From: Paecilomyces variotii | Taxonomy: Eukaryota | DNA: 64,000 bases | NCBI GenBank assembly: GCA_004022145.1 | Contig: RCNU01000001.1 | Strand: one strand, 5' to 3' | Shown: positions 40,044-53,482 of the stretch, in pieces | How the letters are laid out: every line of letters starts with the position of its first letter | Numbering within the stretch: the first letter of the stretch is position 1 | Program-made: the position numbers and the translations under genes | The notes under the pieces: generated by a model | Databases searched by the model: none | Told to the model about the DNA's origin: nothing | Seen by the model: only the letters and a program-made list of their open reading frames with translations

Positions 40044-41356
40044 ATGTACCCTACTACCCTTCCAACTCCCCCGCCGTCTCCTATCGCGCGCTGCTATGCC
40101 CCCGAGGACCGTTTAGGACTGCTCTTGGCCAACCGGCTGGAGCTCACCAGCATCCTGGGTGTCGGAGCCTATGGCGTGGTCTACACCGCCATTGACATCC
40201 ACACCAACGTCCCCTATGCTGTCAAGGCCCTCAACAAGACCGGACTCGACTCCAGACAGCGCAAGTTCCAGCAGCGCGAGATCAAGCTGCACCATCTGGC
40301 TAGCCAACATCCCAATGTGGTCTCCCTGGTCCGCATCATGGATTCCGTGGATTGTACTTTCGTCGTGATTGAATTCTGTCCCGAGGGCGACTTGTTCTCC
40401 AGTATCACTGAGCGCGGCCACTTCGTCGGGAATGACCCGCTGGCCAAACGTGCTTTCCTACAGACCTTGGATGCCGTTCAGTTCTGCCATTCCATCGGAA
40501 TCTATCACCGCGACTTGAAGCCGGAAAACATTCTGGTCACCGACCACGGGATGACCGTCAAGCTGGCCGATTTTGGCCTGGCTACCACGGACTATTATAC
40601 GTCGGACTTTGGCTGCGGTTCCACCTTCTACATGTCGCCAGGTACGTGCCAGCACTTCGCTTGATTCTGCGACATTTTATTGCTGCAAAACAGAAACTAA
40701 CTAACTTGAAACGTGCAGAATGTCAGCAAACCAACCCGAGACCCATGTCTTGCTATGCCTCGGCCCCTAATGATGTTTGGAGCCTAGGTGTCATCTTGGT
40801 GAACCTGACCTGTGGCCGCAATCCGTGGAAGCGTGCTTCCCCAGAGGACTCAACCTTCCGGGCTTTCCTCAAGGACCCAGAGTTCCTCCGGACCATTCTG
40901 CCCTTGACCCCGGAGTTGAACTACATCCTGAGACGCATCTTTGAATGCGACCCCGTCAAGCGGATTACCATCCCGGAGTTGCGGACGTTGATCATGGAGT
41001 GCCCCGCCTTCACTACCACTTCCTACAGTTCTTGTGTACCGGCTGGACCGAAGATCGCCTACACGGAGGAGCCTGCCGTGGGCTTCATGAACTACGCCCA
41101 GCTGCCGCTGACGCCGCCAGCCCAAGCTTATGACGTGGAGTACTCCGATTCTGCCGTCTCGGACACTTCTCTGACGGACGACGACACCATCTCATCGGTG
41201 TCGTCTTCGTCTGACGATGAGTCGGAGATGCAGTCCAACGGCTACAGATACATTGCTCCCCCCCAGTACTGGGGTTCCATCGGTCAGTTGACCGACGTGA
41301 CAGAAAAGTCCCTGGTTCCGAACCGACCTGCTGGACCGGTCGTCGAGGCTTATTAA
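40044..41356 (+). CDS. Ran1/Pat1-Sks1/Vhs1-type Ser/Thr protein kinase (2 exons)
   Basis: LGVGAYGVVY, YAVKAL, HRDLKPEN, DFGLA, FGCGSTFYMSPEC, DVWSLGVILVNLTCGRNPW; intron 40642-40718. Confidence 0.93.
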
Positions 41357-43867
41357 AAACAAAATATTACACCTTCGACATGGCTTTGGGCACATCAACG
41401 TTACGCAGTCACGAAGTATACGGTTTATTTCTGCACTCGAACCTCAACATCACATACTACTCTATCTAATCATTGGGCGCCTTTTTCCAGTACCACCCCC
41501 AAAAAAAGTCCAATACTTCACGATTTCAACATTACCGCCACTCAAAAAGTGTCTTTTCCATCGAAAAGGCATTGGTTTTCATTTTTTTCTTGGACGGTCA
41601 CCCAACCTAACCTGGTCTCTTTTCTCTTCAACCCGGACATATCATACTTGGCTTGCCGGTCCATCTGTTAATGATGGGCAACGAAGTTGTCCATGGAAAC
41701 CCTTACAGTCCCTGGACTGGCCGGATATATACTTAGACTTACCACTTCACTTCACTTTGTCACGCTCCCACTTGTGAGCGGGTTTGCTTTCAAGGCTACA
41801 TATTGATATCTGTGTTATTATTATCTTTACCTGGGTGGGCTTTTCCTGTTTTGAGGCATTTCTGTTTAGCTTTTTTTCCCCCAAAAGAATTTGCAGGAGA
41901 TGCAAGTTTGGCGTTCGGTTATTACAGCACTGCGGGATCCCACGACGTGCGAAGTTTTCCAAATACCCAAAGGAACGAGGGTCAGTGTTGCAGCATTTGG
42001 CATGGAGTTTCTGGTTGTCAGCGGGAAAGATGATGTATGATCTGAGCAGCCTCCGTTCTCTTTCTTATATACCATATACCCACGATTCTGAAAAAAACTT
42101 CTTTTTTTTGGACAATTCTTAATCTTTCTTTCTTTTCCCTACCAACTTCATGCACCAGGTCAGGCCTTCTTGAAGCTCGTTTTATTGTGATGCATACAGG
42201 GGGTCGACGCCAGCTCTGTCGGCCCAGGGAAAATTCACGTTTTCAATGTCCAAATGGAATTGCAGCTGTGTGTGTCTAGCCAGACCACTGGTGGAAATCC
42301 ACGTGTACATAGGCAAAGTTCAGATACACATACTGGTGCTGCTGAATGAACGAACCTATCCCCAGGAGGGAACCGGTGAATCTTTTTGCATGACCCTCTT
42401 CAATGTAGCAATCCCATAAAACTCTCTGTAGGGTGCGTGTCAATGAGGATTCGTCGAGGAGAGTGACACGTCATGCCTGGCGGACGCATGTGATTTATCC
42501 AGTGTAGCATAATATACTTCTACATATGCGTACACATATGTACCGGAGAGGTAACAATCATCAATAATATAAGAGGTGAGTTAGGCTTAAGTGGTAATAT
42601 AATGAGTACCTTGACACTGCAACATAACTAAATATATATCATGTATATTAACTGATTTATCTACTACCTATTTATACAGTCATATACATACATAGACCTA
42701 CGTAGTAACTAGTTTTATACGTATATTTACCTAAGTATATACACATGTGTACATATGTCTCTGTGTATATGCTACACTACCCCGCCACAAATTACCCCAC
42801 AAGTCTCATAGCGAGCTGGGGTATTCCGGCTGAAATCAGATCGGACCGGTTCGCGGATAGCTGAATAGTTACGATCAATCACAGTCATCTTCTCTATATC
42901 CAGCGCCTTTCCTCTGCAGTCATGGTTCCATACCTGTGGGAACTTGCTGTTGAACTGGTATGGATGGCATTCATCAGAGCAGTTCTTCTGCAGGGTGAAT
43001 AAGGAAGCATGGTACTGTCCTACAGTTACTGTCATCGATAGCATAACTTCACTTGAACTGCGGTTTTTTTTTTCGTTTTACTCGAACTATAAGGTGCATC
43101 TTGACCCCGCTTCCTTTTCTTGCATTCATCTATCTCTGGCATTCTCTCTTCTTATTCTGGCCACATTTCCTTGCCCTTGCCTTTTGTCGAATCCTAAATG
43201 GCACAGAAGCATGGTCTGATTTGAACCATCTAGCTAATTGCTTGAATTATCTGCCTGACTCTAGATCTACGGGGGAAGGGTTGAACCGATATTTATCTCC
43301 TAATTATACAAAGAATCAATAACAACGGCAACGGCAGCCATAATGGGCAAGCTAGTTATCCTTTATGTGATTCGTTTCTAATATTCAAACTAGATAAAAT
43401 TGTCGTGAATCTCCCGGTGCGGGTGAAGGGGGCTGCTGAGGGTGAGCAGTGGTATTCATTATTATTATCTAAAATGATCTGGATCCTAGTGATCTAGTAG
43501 GTCCTATCCGATAATTAGGATCCTAAAAAGGAAAAAAGTCAAGGAACCAAAGGCAGATCCTGACAAAGCTAAGTCCATCCACCAGATGGCAATTTTATGT
43601 ACATTCTGGATCGTCTGTAACCGAGGAGCGGTTCCTTACCTTCAGGATTATTTGGACAGACACCCAAAGTGTCAATAAGTTTCATTTCTTGAGAGATATC
43701 AGGAGAAAGCACACCAGGTTCTCTAAGAGCCTCCTCCAAACGGATGATTGACAGATGACCTGTACATACATACGCTCTGTGCGCCGACACCTTTCTTGAC
43801 CCACGGTTCTCTTCCTTTCGGTCTGCATCACTATACTGCTGCCTGATCCAGTCGTCTCACGTCGGCT

Positions 43868-44770
43868 ATGAATACTACCGAAACTTATGCAACCTCTGCA
43901 ACCAGGAGAAACATGCCTCAAGACCCCACATTATCTATCTCTCCATCCTCACAAATTGCCCTGATAGAAGAATATCCACCGGCGGAGTATAAAGGCACGA
44001 ACGCCTTAAAAAGAGCTGTTGCTGCAAAGAAACAAAAATTGGACAAAGGAAGTCAAGACCAATATCTCTCTTTCCACCATATCACATCGGACAAATTTGC
44101 GAGGATTGAGGAACGTCGCGTCGACCTTGGACGCGGAGCCGCCTTCTCCTACTTTGGCGACATTGAGACCCTAATTATAAAACTCCCTACTCGAGCACAT
44201 GAGAAGGCTCATGCGACGCTGGGCCAGCGAATGCAAGCCCAAGTATTTCAGATGGGAGTCGGCTGGGATGAGTTCGTTGCGATCAATGCAACAGCCATAA
44301 GGGGTAGAAATAATTCTAAGAAGGAGGGTGACTCCGCCTGGCAAAATGAGAAACTTAGACCAAGTAAGGCAGATTGGCCAAATATAGTTATTGAAGCAGG
44401 ATTATCGGGATCTCTCGCGCGGCTACGCAGTGACGCAAGATGGTGGATTGAGAACTCTGCGGGGGACGTGCTTATTGTCCTTGTCATTTGGATCCAGCCG
44501 ACCTCCAAAAGAGCGAAGATAGAGAAATGGATCCCTAATGTTCAACTTACAAGACGCAGTCCCCGTCTCGGCTCCCCTACGGTATCTCCTATTAAGGTTG
44601 CTGATATTAAGATCGATCAATCGTCTGCATCTATGTGTCATGGTGCTCCCTTGCGCCTGGAGTTCGATAGGGTTTTCGGAAGACCACCACGAAATGCCCC
44701 GGAGCAGGATATCATCTTCACGCGAAATGAGCTGGAGGATTGGGCAAGGCTTCTGTGGATAGCTTGCTGA
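43868..44770 (+). CDS. Putative Uma2/PD-(D/E)xK restriction-endonuclease-like fold protein
   Basis: Intronless 300-aa ORF with motif order LIIKLP-x3-HE, KEGDS, WPNIVIEAGLS, L-x-x-D-A-x-W-W, VLIVLVI. Confidence 0.7.
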   Translation: MNTTETYATSATRRNMPQDPTLSISPSSQIALIEEYPPAEYKGTNALKRAVAAKKQKLDKGSQDQYLSFHHITSDKFARIEERRVDLGRGAAFSYFGDIETLIIKLPTRAHEKAHATLGQRMQAQVFQMGVGWDEFVAINATAIRGRNNSKKEGDSAWQNEKLRPSKADWPNIVIEAGLSGSLARLRSDARWWIENSAGDVLIVLVIWIQPTSKRAKIEKWIPNVQLTRRSPRLGSPTVSPIKVADIKIDQSSASMCHGAPLRLEFDRVFGRPPRNAPEQDIIFTRNELEDWARLLWIAC

Positions 44771-45133
44771 TGGAAGTGAGTGGAAGGGCTGCGGTGTCTT
44801 TTCCTTGTAAAACCACTTAGTTAAGACGGAACAGTGGAATGGGCTCGAAAAGGCTCATATCTGGCTTTGATTTTGCTATCTGATGATCGACATTATCATT
44901 ATTGCAAATTGATATGTGATTATCAGGGCGACCTCATGCTGATTCTGCAATGTGTATTTATAGCTTGATAGGGCATCAAAAGCAAAGCAATTAGTACCTA
45001 CTGCCATGCTAACCACTGTATACTATACATATAGTCGGTATGACTACCCATCAGTCCTCCCTGAAAAAATCAAGATAGCTAACAGCCATCTCATTGAGAT
45101 ATCATGGTTAGAATATATGTACTATATACAACC

Positions 45134-46398
45134 TCACATATTCCTTCCCCCCGTAACCATGATAGTCTGTCCATTCACATAAGAAAACCACGGGCTCGCC
45201 ACGCCCACAATCGACCGGGCCGCTTCCTCTGGACTCGCTGGCCTACCCAGCGGGATATCGGGATACTCTTGAGCGGGGGCCTTTGCCGCATCTCCAGAAC
45301 CACCCTTGCGGGCTGCAAGTTGCTTTCCAGGAATACCCAGCGGGACTTTCGTACCGTCCGGGGCGGTGATGAATGCACCGTCCTCTTTGGCGGCAGTCAA
45401 TCGGGTCGTAACGTGGCCAAAGGCAATAGTGTTGGCGCGCACGCCGAATGCAGGACCCCATTCTTTGGCGATGGTTTTTGTAAGTCCGACGACACCGGCT
45501 TTGGCGAGAGCGTAGTTGACTTGGCCTCTAAATCAAATAGGTATCAGTCAGCGAGTAATACTAAATCAATGAACAAATGGAAAATAAGAAGAAGAAGAGA
45601 ACGTACGCATTCCCATGAATACCGCTCGTGCTGCTGATATTGATAATCACCCGTGGCTCCTTATCCTTGACACGGAAATATGGCGCCGCAGCCCGCACGA
45701 GCTTGAAAGGCGCCGTATTGTGAACAGCCAGCATAGTCTCCCATTGCTTATCTGTCATCTGTAAGATTTCTCCAATAGTCAGAATAATATGCGCTTCACA
45801 GACAGTCAAATATATGACTGCAAAACCTCACCTTATGAATAACTCCATCCCACGTAAATCCCGCATTGTTGACGATGATATGGATCTTGCCATTACCGAA
45901 CTCAGCCGCTTTGGCTACCAATGTCTCGATGTATTTGGAATCCGTCACATCGCCCACGACGGCGATGGCGCGGCCTGCCTCTGCGCTGTTGATGGCGTTC
46001 GCTACCGAGTTTGCCTTGTCTGGAGAACGAATGGGGAAGTGTGAATAAATGAGGTTTTATTTATCCAATGCCCCCATGAAGGATCTGGGTCAAATGCCAA
46101 TTTGCGATGCATTGTTTCTCGAAGACTCAAAATATACAGGCAAGATAATACAGTACATGAACATGTCGACTCTACTCCAGTTCTGCTTCACTAACAAATA
46201 ATGGAAAAAAAAGAAACTATACTCACCAGCATCAATATCCGCCACGACCACCTTAGCACCCTCATTGGCAAATAATCGAGCAGCCTCTGCGCCAATGCCC
46301 TGTCCTGCACCGGTGATGATGGCTACCTGGCCTGCCAGCAGGCCTTGGGGGTAGTTGAGATGCTTGTTAATTTGGGAAAGGCGGTCTTGAGGGGCCAT
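45134..46398 (-). CDS. Short-chain dehydrogenase/reductase (3-oxoacyl reductase FabG-like), 4 exons, N-terminal PTS2
   Basis: TGAGQGIG, VNNAG, INISS, catalytic YALAK, VRANTIAFG, NGQTIMVTGG; first intron 46226-46020. Confidence 0.92.
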
Positions 46399-46819
46399 TT
46401 TTCCTTGAGTTACTTTCGAGTTAGAAGAGAATATTTCTGAGGAAATATAAGATGATCCAGATGTGTGGATTAATATAAGATTGAGGGTTCTGGATACAGA
46501 AAGAGTATGTGGCAGGGCCGGTCGGAGCTTAACTATCAGTTTTGGTTATCGAAATTGAGTACCCCGGATTGCGAATTTGCCGAGGCTCAATTGTATGACC
46601 AATCAGGATGCCGAATGGGGGCATTTCCAGATGGATTCATTATTGTTGTATCAGCCATGATATCCAACGTGAGATGCCGCGTTGAAGCCGTAGCTTTTGC
46701 AGTTCATGACATACGTGCAAAGATTCTATTATGGTACAGCAACGATCTCGTTATTTACATGACTTCCAAGTCCTAAATTCGACATACTACGGTAGTTACC
46801 GCGGATGCTGTTTATCGGT

Positions 46820-47779
46820 CTACGAGCAACTCTCTGCCAACCCGCTGTGTCGATAATCAAAAGCCTTTAAGAGTCCCGTCAGATGTGACACTGCAGCCAG
46901 GACAACGAGCACATGGAAGATCTGGTGCGAGCTTCCCAGAAGATCGAACCGGCCCGGTTTTAGACGTTCCGGAATTCGCGCGGCGTAGATTGCTGCTCCC
47001 AAGATATACAGGAATCCCTGGAGCAGCATCCAGAAGAGCCCCATCTGCCGAGCCATCTGTTCTGGACCGAATATCTTCAATCCGTGCATCACCGGGAAGA
47101 TGGCCGACAGCCCCATCCCGACGAACATGGCTGCTCGGAAGGGTCGCAGTTCTGGTGTGCGGAACCGGGGCATGACGGATACGCAGGCGCAGCCTAATCC
47201 AATCAAGATGATCATGCTCCAGTACAGGTCCTGCAGTTTTGGGTGGCAGTAGAAGCCGTAGTAGACACTGGGAATGAAGCTGCCCACGATAAGCCCGACG
47301 ATCCCGACATAGTCAAAGGCGTTTCCCACGCGCGCAACGAACGGAGAATGGTTAGAGATGGTATGGTAGGTTGCTGACATCCCGAGACAGAAGGCAGCTC
47401 CAGCGAAGAAGCATGAAAACGCGATTATATCAGCTTGCGTGGCAGTCTCGTAGCGTGGAGTGAGAGTACGGTAAAGCCAGAAGGCCGAGGGAATCGCGAG
47501 CAGTGACGGCAGCAGATGGCTGTAGATATTGACAGTCTCATTGTGGAGATAGGCCAGCGATTGGAAAGACACCAGAAAAGAGAACGACGCCGGTCGATAG
47601 CCTGTATGGATATGATGGTTGTCGCGCTGCCAGGGCGCCAGGTCGTCCCAGTGGAGGAGCTTCCGGATCACCTTGGGCGGTTTCTCTGCGACGGCTGAAG
47701 CGGTCGAGAGCAGGTCGACGGGTTTGCCATTACCCTGCTCTGGCTGGGAGTCAGCAGGCCGGCGTTGACGGGTAGACAT
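46820..47779 (-). CDS. PAQR/haemolysin-III family receptor (IZH/AdipoR-like)
   Basis: WQRDNHHIHTGYR, HNETVNIYSH, SATYHT, DYVGI, PERLKPGRFDLLGSSHQIFH; about 7 TMs, intronless. Confidence 0.95.
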   Translation of the reverse strand: MSTRQRRPADSQPEQGNGKPVDLLSTASAVAEKPPKVIRKLLHWDDLAPWQRDNHHIHTGYRPASFSFLVSFQSLAYLHNETVNIYSHLLPSLLAIPSAFWLYRTLTPRYETATQADIIAFSCFFAGAAFCLGMSATYHTISNHSPFVARVGNAFDYVGIVGLIVGSFIPSVYYGFYCHPKLQDLYWSMIILIGLGCACVSVMPRFRTPELRPFRAAMFVGMGLSAIFPVMHGLKIFGPEQMARQMGLFWMLLQGFLYILGAAIYAARIPERLKPGRFDLLGSSHQIFHVLVVLAAVSHLTGLLKAFDYRHSGLAESCS

Positions 47780-47995
47780 ATCGACGGCAAACAGCGGAAT
47801 AAGAAGAACAAGAAGAAAAAAAAAAGAAGTCTAAAACATATCTATACATGGAACAAAAAAAAGTGTTGAAGGCATCCCAACATCGCGGGAGGCGTTGAAA
47901 GCTCCGCTGCAAACACTGCAAACTGGCGGGAGATGTTGGGGAAGCTCAGGAACGCGCGAGGATCTCTCGTTCAGACGACCATCTGATGTTTGATC

Positions 47996-49044
47996 ATGGC
48001 GAAATATGTCCCGCCTGGAAAGGCCGCTGCCAGCCGGTTAAAGCCGGTCTCTGTTGATCCTCTGGAGAGCGTGGGCTTTGTCTCCAAGGGTGACAAGCAG
48101 TACGTGTGAAGATATACAACAGTCCCCAATTCCCCCGCCTCCGCTGCTCTGACCCTTGCTCTCGTGCTCTCTCCAGGCTCCTTGACCATCAGGCGCAGGT
48201 AGAGTACTTCCAGAAGATCGTGGACAGGTATATGGAATTCTGCGATCGTCATAACAAGGACTTGGATGCCGCGTTCGATTCGCTTCCTACCAGTGCCTCC
48301 GACGATGCCACCAAGAATCCCCCCGCATCCCTTCCACCCGCACGCTCGGGAGCTCCCATGAAAGGAAGCGCAGCAAGGTCGAGTCCTCCGCCTGCGATCG
48401 AGCTCTCCAGGATCCTCCTCTCCTTGCGTAAGCTCCGGGAGGCTATTCTCGCGACAGCGTCTACAATCCCAGTTCCCTTCTCCCAGCGAGTTCATGTCTT
48501 CTCCATCCGGCTCTCGATCATGGCCCAGCATCCTCCGTCATACTTCCCGTCGCTCCGCTATCTCCTTGACAAGCTCCATACACCAACCCATCCTCTTGAG
48601 CCGTCGGAACTGTCCGAGTTCACCTCCTATCTCGCTCTCGATTATGCTTGTCGACAGGCGGACATGGGGGCCGCATATGAGCTTCGCTCCCGGGCCAGGG
48701 CGCGCTACGGCTTCCGATCGGACTTGGTCGACCGCGTATTGTCCGCATTGATGCATGACGACTGGGTGGCGTTCTGGAGAGCAAGGAAGGGCCTTGATGG
48801 GTACATGCGCAGAGTGACCAACTGGGCAGTCGATAGAGTCCGAAGGCATGCGCTGAAGGCTGTCGGGAGTGCGTATATGAATGTCGACCTCAATTGGATC
48901 GTAGTGGGATGCACTGGTGACGGAGAGGGCTGGACGTGGGAGAAACTAGTGGAAAAGGAAAAGCTAGGCTGGGAGAAGGAGGGGAATAAAATCATCATAA
49001 AGCGGCCCAAGTCGAGGAGGCTGGAGCCGATCAAAGAAGTTTGA
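47996..49044 (+). CDS. SAC3/GANP/PCI-like helical-domain protein (2 exons)
   Basis: ATG 47996, intron ~48100-48176 (GTACGT..CTGAC..CAG); LRKLREAILA and VRRHALKAVGSAYM resemble SAC3/THP3/PCI-type folds; gene is secure, family tentative. Confidence 0.65.
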
Positions 49045-49302
49045 GGCGTTCGTTTTTGGGAAGCAAGGCGTTAGGCGGCATGCAAGCATCCGAAAGGCGT
49101 ACAGGAGGCCTACCGTCAACATACTAGATGGTACACGGGAAAACGGTGCTATGAGCACATGGCTGTATTTGGATTCAAACTTGAGGGCTAGCGCCTGGAG
49201 TTTCTGCGGATCGTTAATCGTACATCATTATGCTTTCATCATGAACTGAGATTCTTAACACATCGTCCCGAGACTCGCCATATCTACTGACGTCCGTGTG
49301 TC

Positions 49303-50922
49303 TCAGAGCTTGAAGTCTGCGTTTGGTCTGTCAATGTTGGTATCCCCCGTGTGAGGCTGTTTCGCAACCTCATCTGCCAGGCGCAGCTTGAGGTTGCGCG
49401 ACTTGTCAGAGCAGAGTTCGTAGATCGTGGCTAGATTAAATGTCAGGCTCTGGAAGGAATTGTTGCCAGAAATTAGGGACTCGAGAAGGCCGCGGGACTG
49501 TAAACAGGTTAGCATAGGATTCTCGCTTTCGATGGCTGACGAGAAGTGAGAACTGACCTCGTTCAGCTTCCCAATATAGAGTAGACAAACTGCCAGGTTG
49601 TTTGTGAACATGGCTTCCTGGTCCTTGCTAGTGCTTTTCTCTAGCAGAGACTTCCACCCAGCCACGGCGTCGTCGTAGCGACCTTCCGCCATGTCTAGCA
49701 GAGGGTTCAGAATCCCTTCACCAAGTTGGGTCGACTCATTCAGAATGTCCCTCGCGGTCCCGACATCGCCAATTCGTATGTTCAGGAAAGCTCTTCTCAG
49801 TTTCTCGGTATCACTCTCAGGCCCGGGCCCTTTCAGACTCTCTAGTGAACGTCGAGCGGCATCCAAGTCGCCCATTTCGATGAGCGCATTCACGCTCCTC
49901 AGACCTAAATCAGCCAATCGATCTTTCCAGACCTGCTTCTCGGCTTTTTCTATTCCTGGGCGCATAATCTCCTGTCGTGCCTCCAGACCGATCTCGTAAA
50001 GGCCTGCAATGCCCCGGCGAGCGTCTCCAAATCCAATGCTCTGCAGTCTGACTGCGAGCACGCGCAGCGGCCATGGTGCGATATGCCTTGGACGAGGCTT
50101 CTGTGTCTGATCGCGTGGCTGGCCTGTGATCTCAAGATCTGGGCTGACATAGTAGAAAGAAGAATTAAGGTCCTCCAACGCCTTAGACTCCTGGGCCGCG
50201 AGAATACCGTTGCCCGTCAGTTCCAAACATGCCAAGCGTATGTAAAATAGCGTAAAAATGGTATTGCTATCTGTCGGCGAAACAAAATGGGATGTCAACA
50301 ACGTGCCGCACAGATGTGCAGCAAGGAGAAAGTGGCCTTCGTTCAATAGCTTGTCAAGGGTCTTGAGCAAAGCGGGCAAGTCTTCGCCGGGAGAAGGTGT
50401 GGTAAAAGCTGCGCGAAAGGCGGGAGGAATCTCGAGTTGTGAGAGAGGATGGTAAATTTCCGCTCGTTGCAAAAAGGAGAGGTCCTTTTTCAGTGCGCTG
50501 ACATCTTCCTTCAGTATATGGTCAAGCTGTGTTTGAATCGAATCATAGTTATCCAACGGGCCCAGGGGGCTTCTGGAAGGCTCAGGGCTGGTCGGAGATT
50601 GAATACGAGACCGGAGAGGAGAGTTGGGACTTTCTGCTCCGCTAAGAGGACTGGCAATTTAATTGTCAGTGTCAATCATCACTGTCATAAAAGCAAGCGT
50701 CAGGAGTACAAGCTTACTCGTCCGTGGCTTCCAGGGGGCCTTTGGTCGAACTGCGAGGACGAGAAGCTGAAACCCAGTCAATATCCTCAAGTACATAGGA
50801 GAAGCAACGCAACAGCCTGGTACAGAGCGGAGGCAAGCTGGCTGCCATAGCTATCTTGGAAGGTTTGGATGCTTACATCTGCTGGAGATGTTGCGACGAT
50901 GTCTGGAGGTCTTTGGCTCCAT
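49303..50922 (-). CDS. TPR protein, TRAPP subunit 12 (TRAPPC12)-like (4 exons)
   Basis: Spliced N-terminus MEPKTSRHRRNISSRSSRPRSSTKGPLE; PWPLRVLAVRL, NNLAVCLLYIG, FNLATIYEL, C-terminal DFKL; intron 49557-49498. Confidence 0.72.
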
Positions 50923-51269
50923 ATTGAGTGGAATTCACTTATACACACGCATTTATTAATTCCATTCAAAATAGGGACATCACAAATTACGCCCTCTTCC
51001 AAATTGTGGTGGAGGATCTATGATGGCCGCAACGTGATAGATGATAGATGGATTGTCCCTCTGCGATAATTGATAGGCGGAGACATGACGGAGAAGCTTC
51101 ATTCTGCCTAAGGCGGTGAGTATGTCTCCTGGATCGGTTGAGCTGGCCTCTGTACAGTACATTCTAAGAGACAGCAACAAGCTCCGGTTCAACTCCGTTT
51201 GCCATCCATTCTTTCATTTTCTCAGTGCAAAAGGGGTCTTTCATTTATTTTCGAAATACTGGAATATAA

Positions 51270-52087
<818 letters not shown>

Positions 52088-52360
52088 ACGCATTAGGACC
52101 TCGTATTTGTTCTCGTTTACACTTGGAATTACTTTGGTCGGTCGTCGTGTATGCTATACCCTGATGGAGTTCACTTCCTTCCTAATACTGGACGGTAGTA
52201 AGGATGCCGTTTCGAAGGAATTAGTCTGTATATTATGCTTAATTGATTTGATGGGAACGAAGAAAGTCCACGGAATTTTTATGCATTTCTCAAAGCCATA
52301 TGGCCACTTTAGGAGTCTTAGGAATGACCGCAGCTAAGGGTTATGAGATATCAGATATCT

Positions 52361-53482
52361 TTAAATTGCCTTTAGATAGCCGGCAACCCTTGCGCTCAAG
52401 TCGCGCCTAGGTTCATCCTCATCGTCACCACTCAGAGCATGGCTAGCTCCTGGAACGACTCCGCTATGCTCAGAGTCCCAGATCTCCTTTTCGGCATTAG
52501 CTGCGTTCTTCCATCTTTGGAGCAGCTTCTCTTTGTCCACCGATGGAGGCGTGTGCTCGTCGTTGCCTGAATACAAAACAAGCAACTTGGTCTTGAGTAG
52601 ACCTTTTGACGGAATCGCCCCAAACGTTTCTTGCAGGCGCTTATCAGTGAGATCCGAACTGAACAGGTCGTCCTCGCGAGGGTTTTCCGGACTATCAGGG
52701 CTAACCAGGCTCAGGAATCTTATGCTGCTGATGGGCGTGTCTGCAGGATAGCCAAGTTGAGCAGTCATGGAGAGTGGCAGGACGGTCTCAACTTTGTTTG
52801 GGGTATACGGCATCAATTTTGCCATACTAACAAGCTGATCATAACAGCCGACCAATACATTGGGTACATCTTTCTCCGTCCCCGTCGTCAAGGAATGAAG
52901 GATAGCCTCGCGGTCCGAAACAGGGGCCTGGAGAATAGCACCGTCCACTTCAGGTCGGACGATGTGTTTCAGACCATCATCAAAGTCGGGGTTGGGAGGA
53001 ATTGGGTTGGATGTATAGAGGTAGTGCAGGACATCCTGGCTACCGGTGGAATGGCCCATGATAACGATCTTCCTGGTCCCATCCGAGGCAGCAGGGTGAG
53101 AGGATTTATATTCCCGTACGTAATTCACGCACTGCGCAATCTCCTCGACGTCTTTGTCCAGACTGCTCATTCCCCATCCCGTATAAGATGAAGAGAGCAG
53201 CAGGTTAAAAACGGACCATTCTGTTGGCTCCAGAGCCGCGACGAGATCCTGTACATAGCGAACGGTACCCAGGCCGTCCGTTAAGCCGCCAATGAAGAGC
53301 AGACTGTGTGGCTTGGTGCTTGGCTTGGATCCATGTTCAAAAGCGACTAGCCTTGGTGACTGTAGAAGTTAGGCAAATTCATCTCTATCAGCGCGCGCCA
53401 ATGCAGATTGAGCATAATCAAGGTGGCATATTCATACATAATGGTGGAGGACACCGGGCTGGGCTGGGGAGTGCGCGGGCAT
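52361..53482 (-). CDS. DUF1749 alpha/beta hydrolase (SidJ-like family; 2 exons)
   Basis: PGVLHHY-SPRLVAFE, LLFIGGLTDG, nucleophile GHSTGSQD, ILQAPVSDRE, DDLFSSDL, SGNDEH, PGASH. Confidence 0.88.

Noticed and set aside
23947-47779. DAP1 and IZH/PAQR (both sterol/steroid-linked) as a functional cluster
   Set aside because: 22 kb apart with unrelated genes between them; chance co-location is sufficient
49303-49314. C-terminal FKL as a PTS1
   Set aside because: Phe at position -3 does not fit the PTS1 small-residue consensus, and the protein looks like a TRAPP subunit
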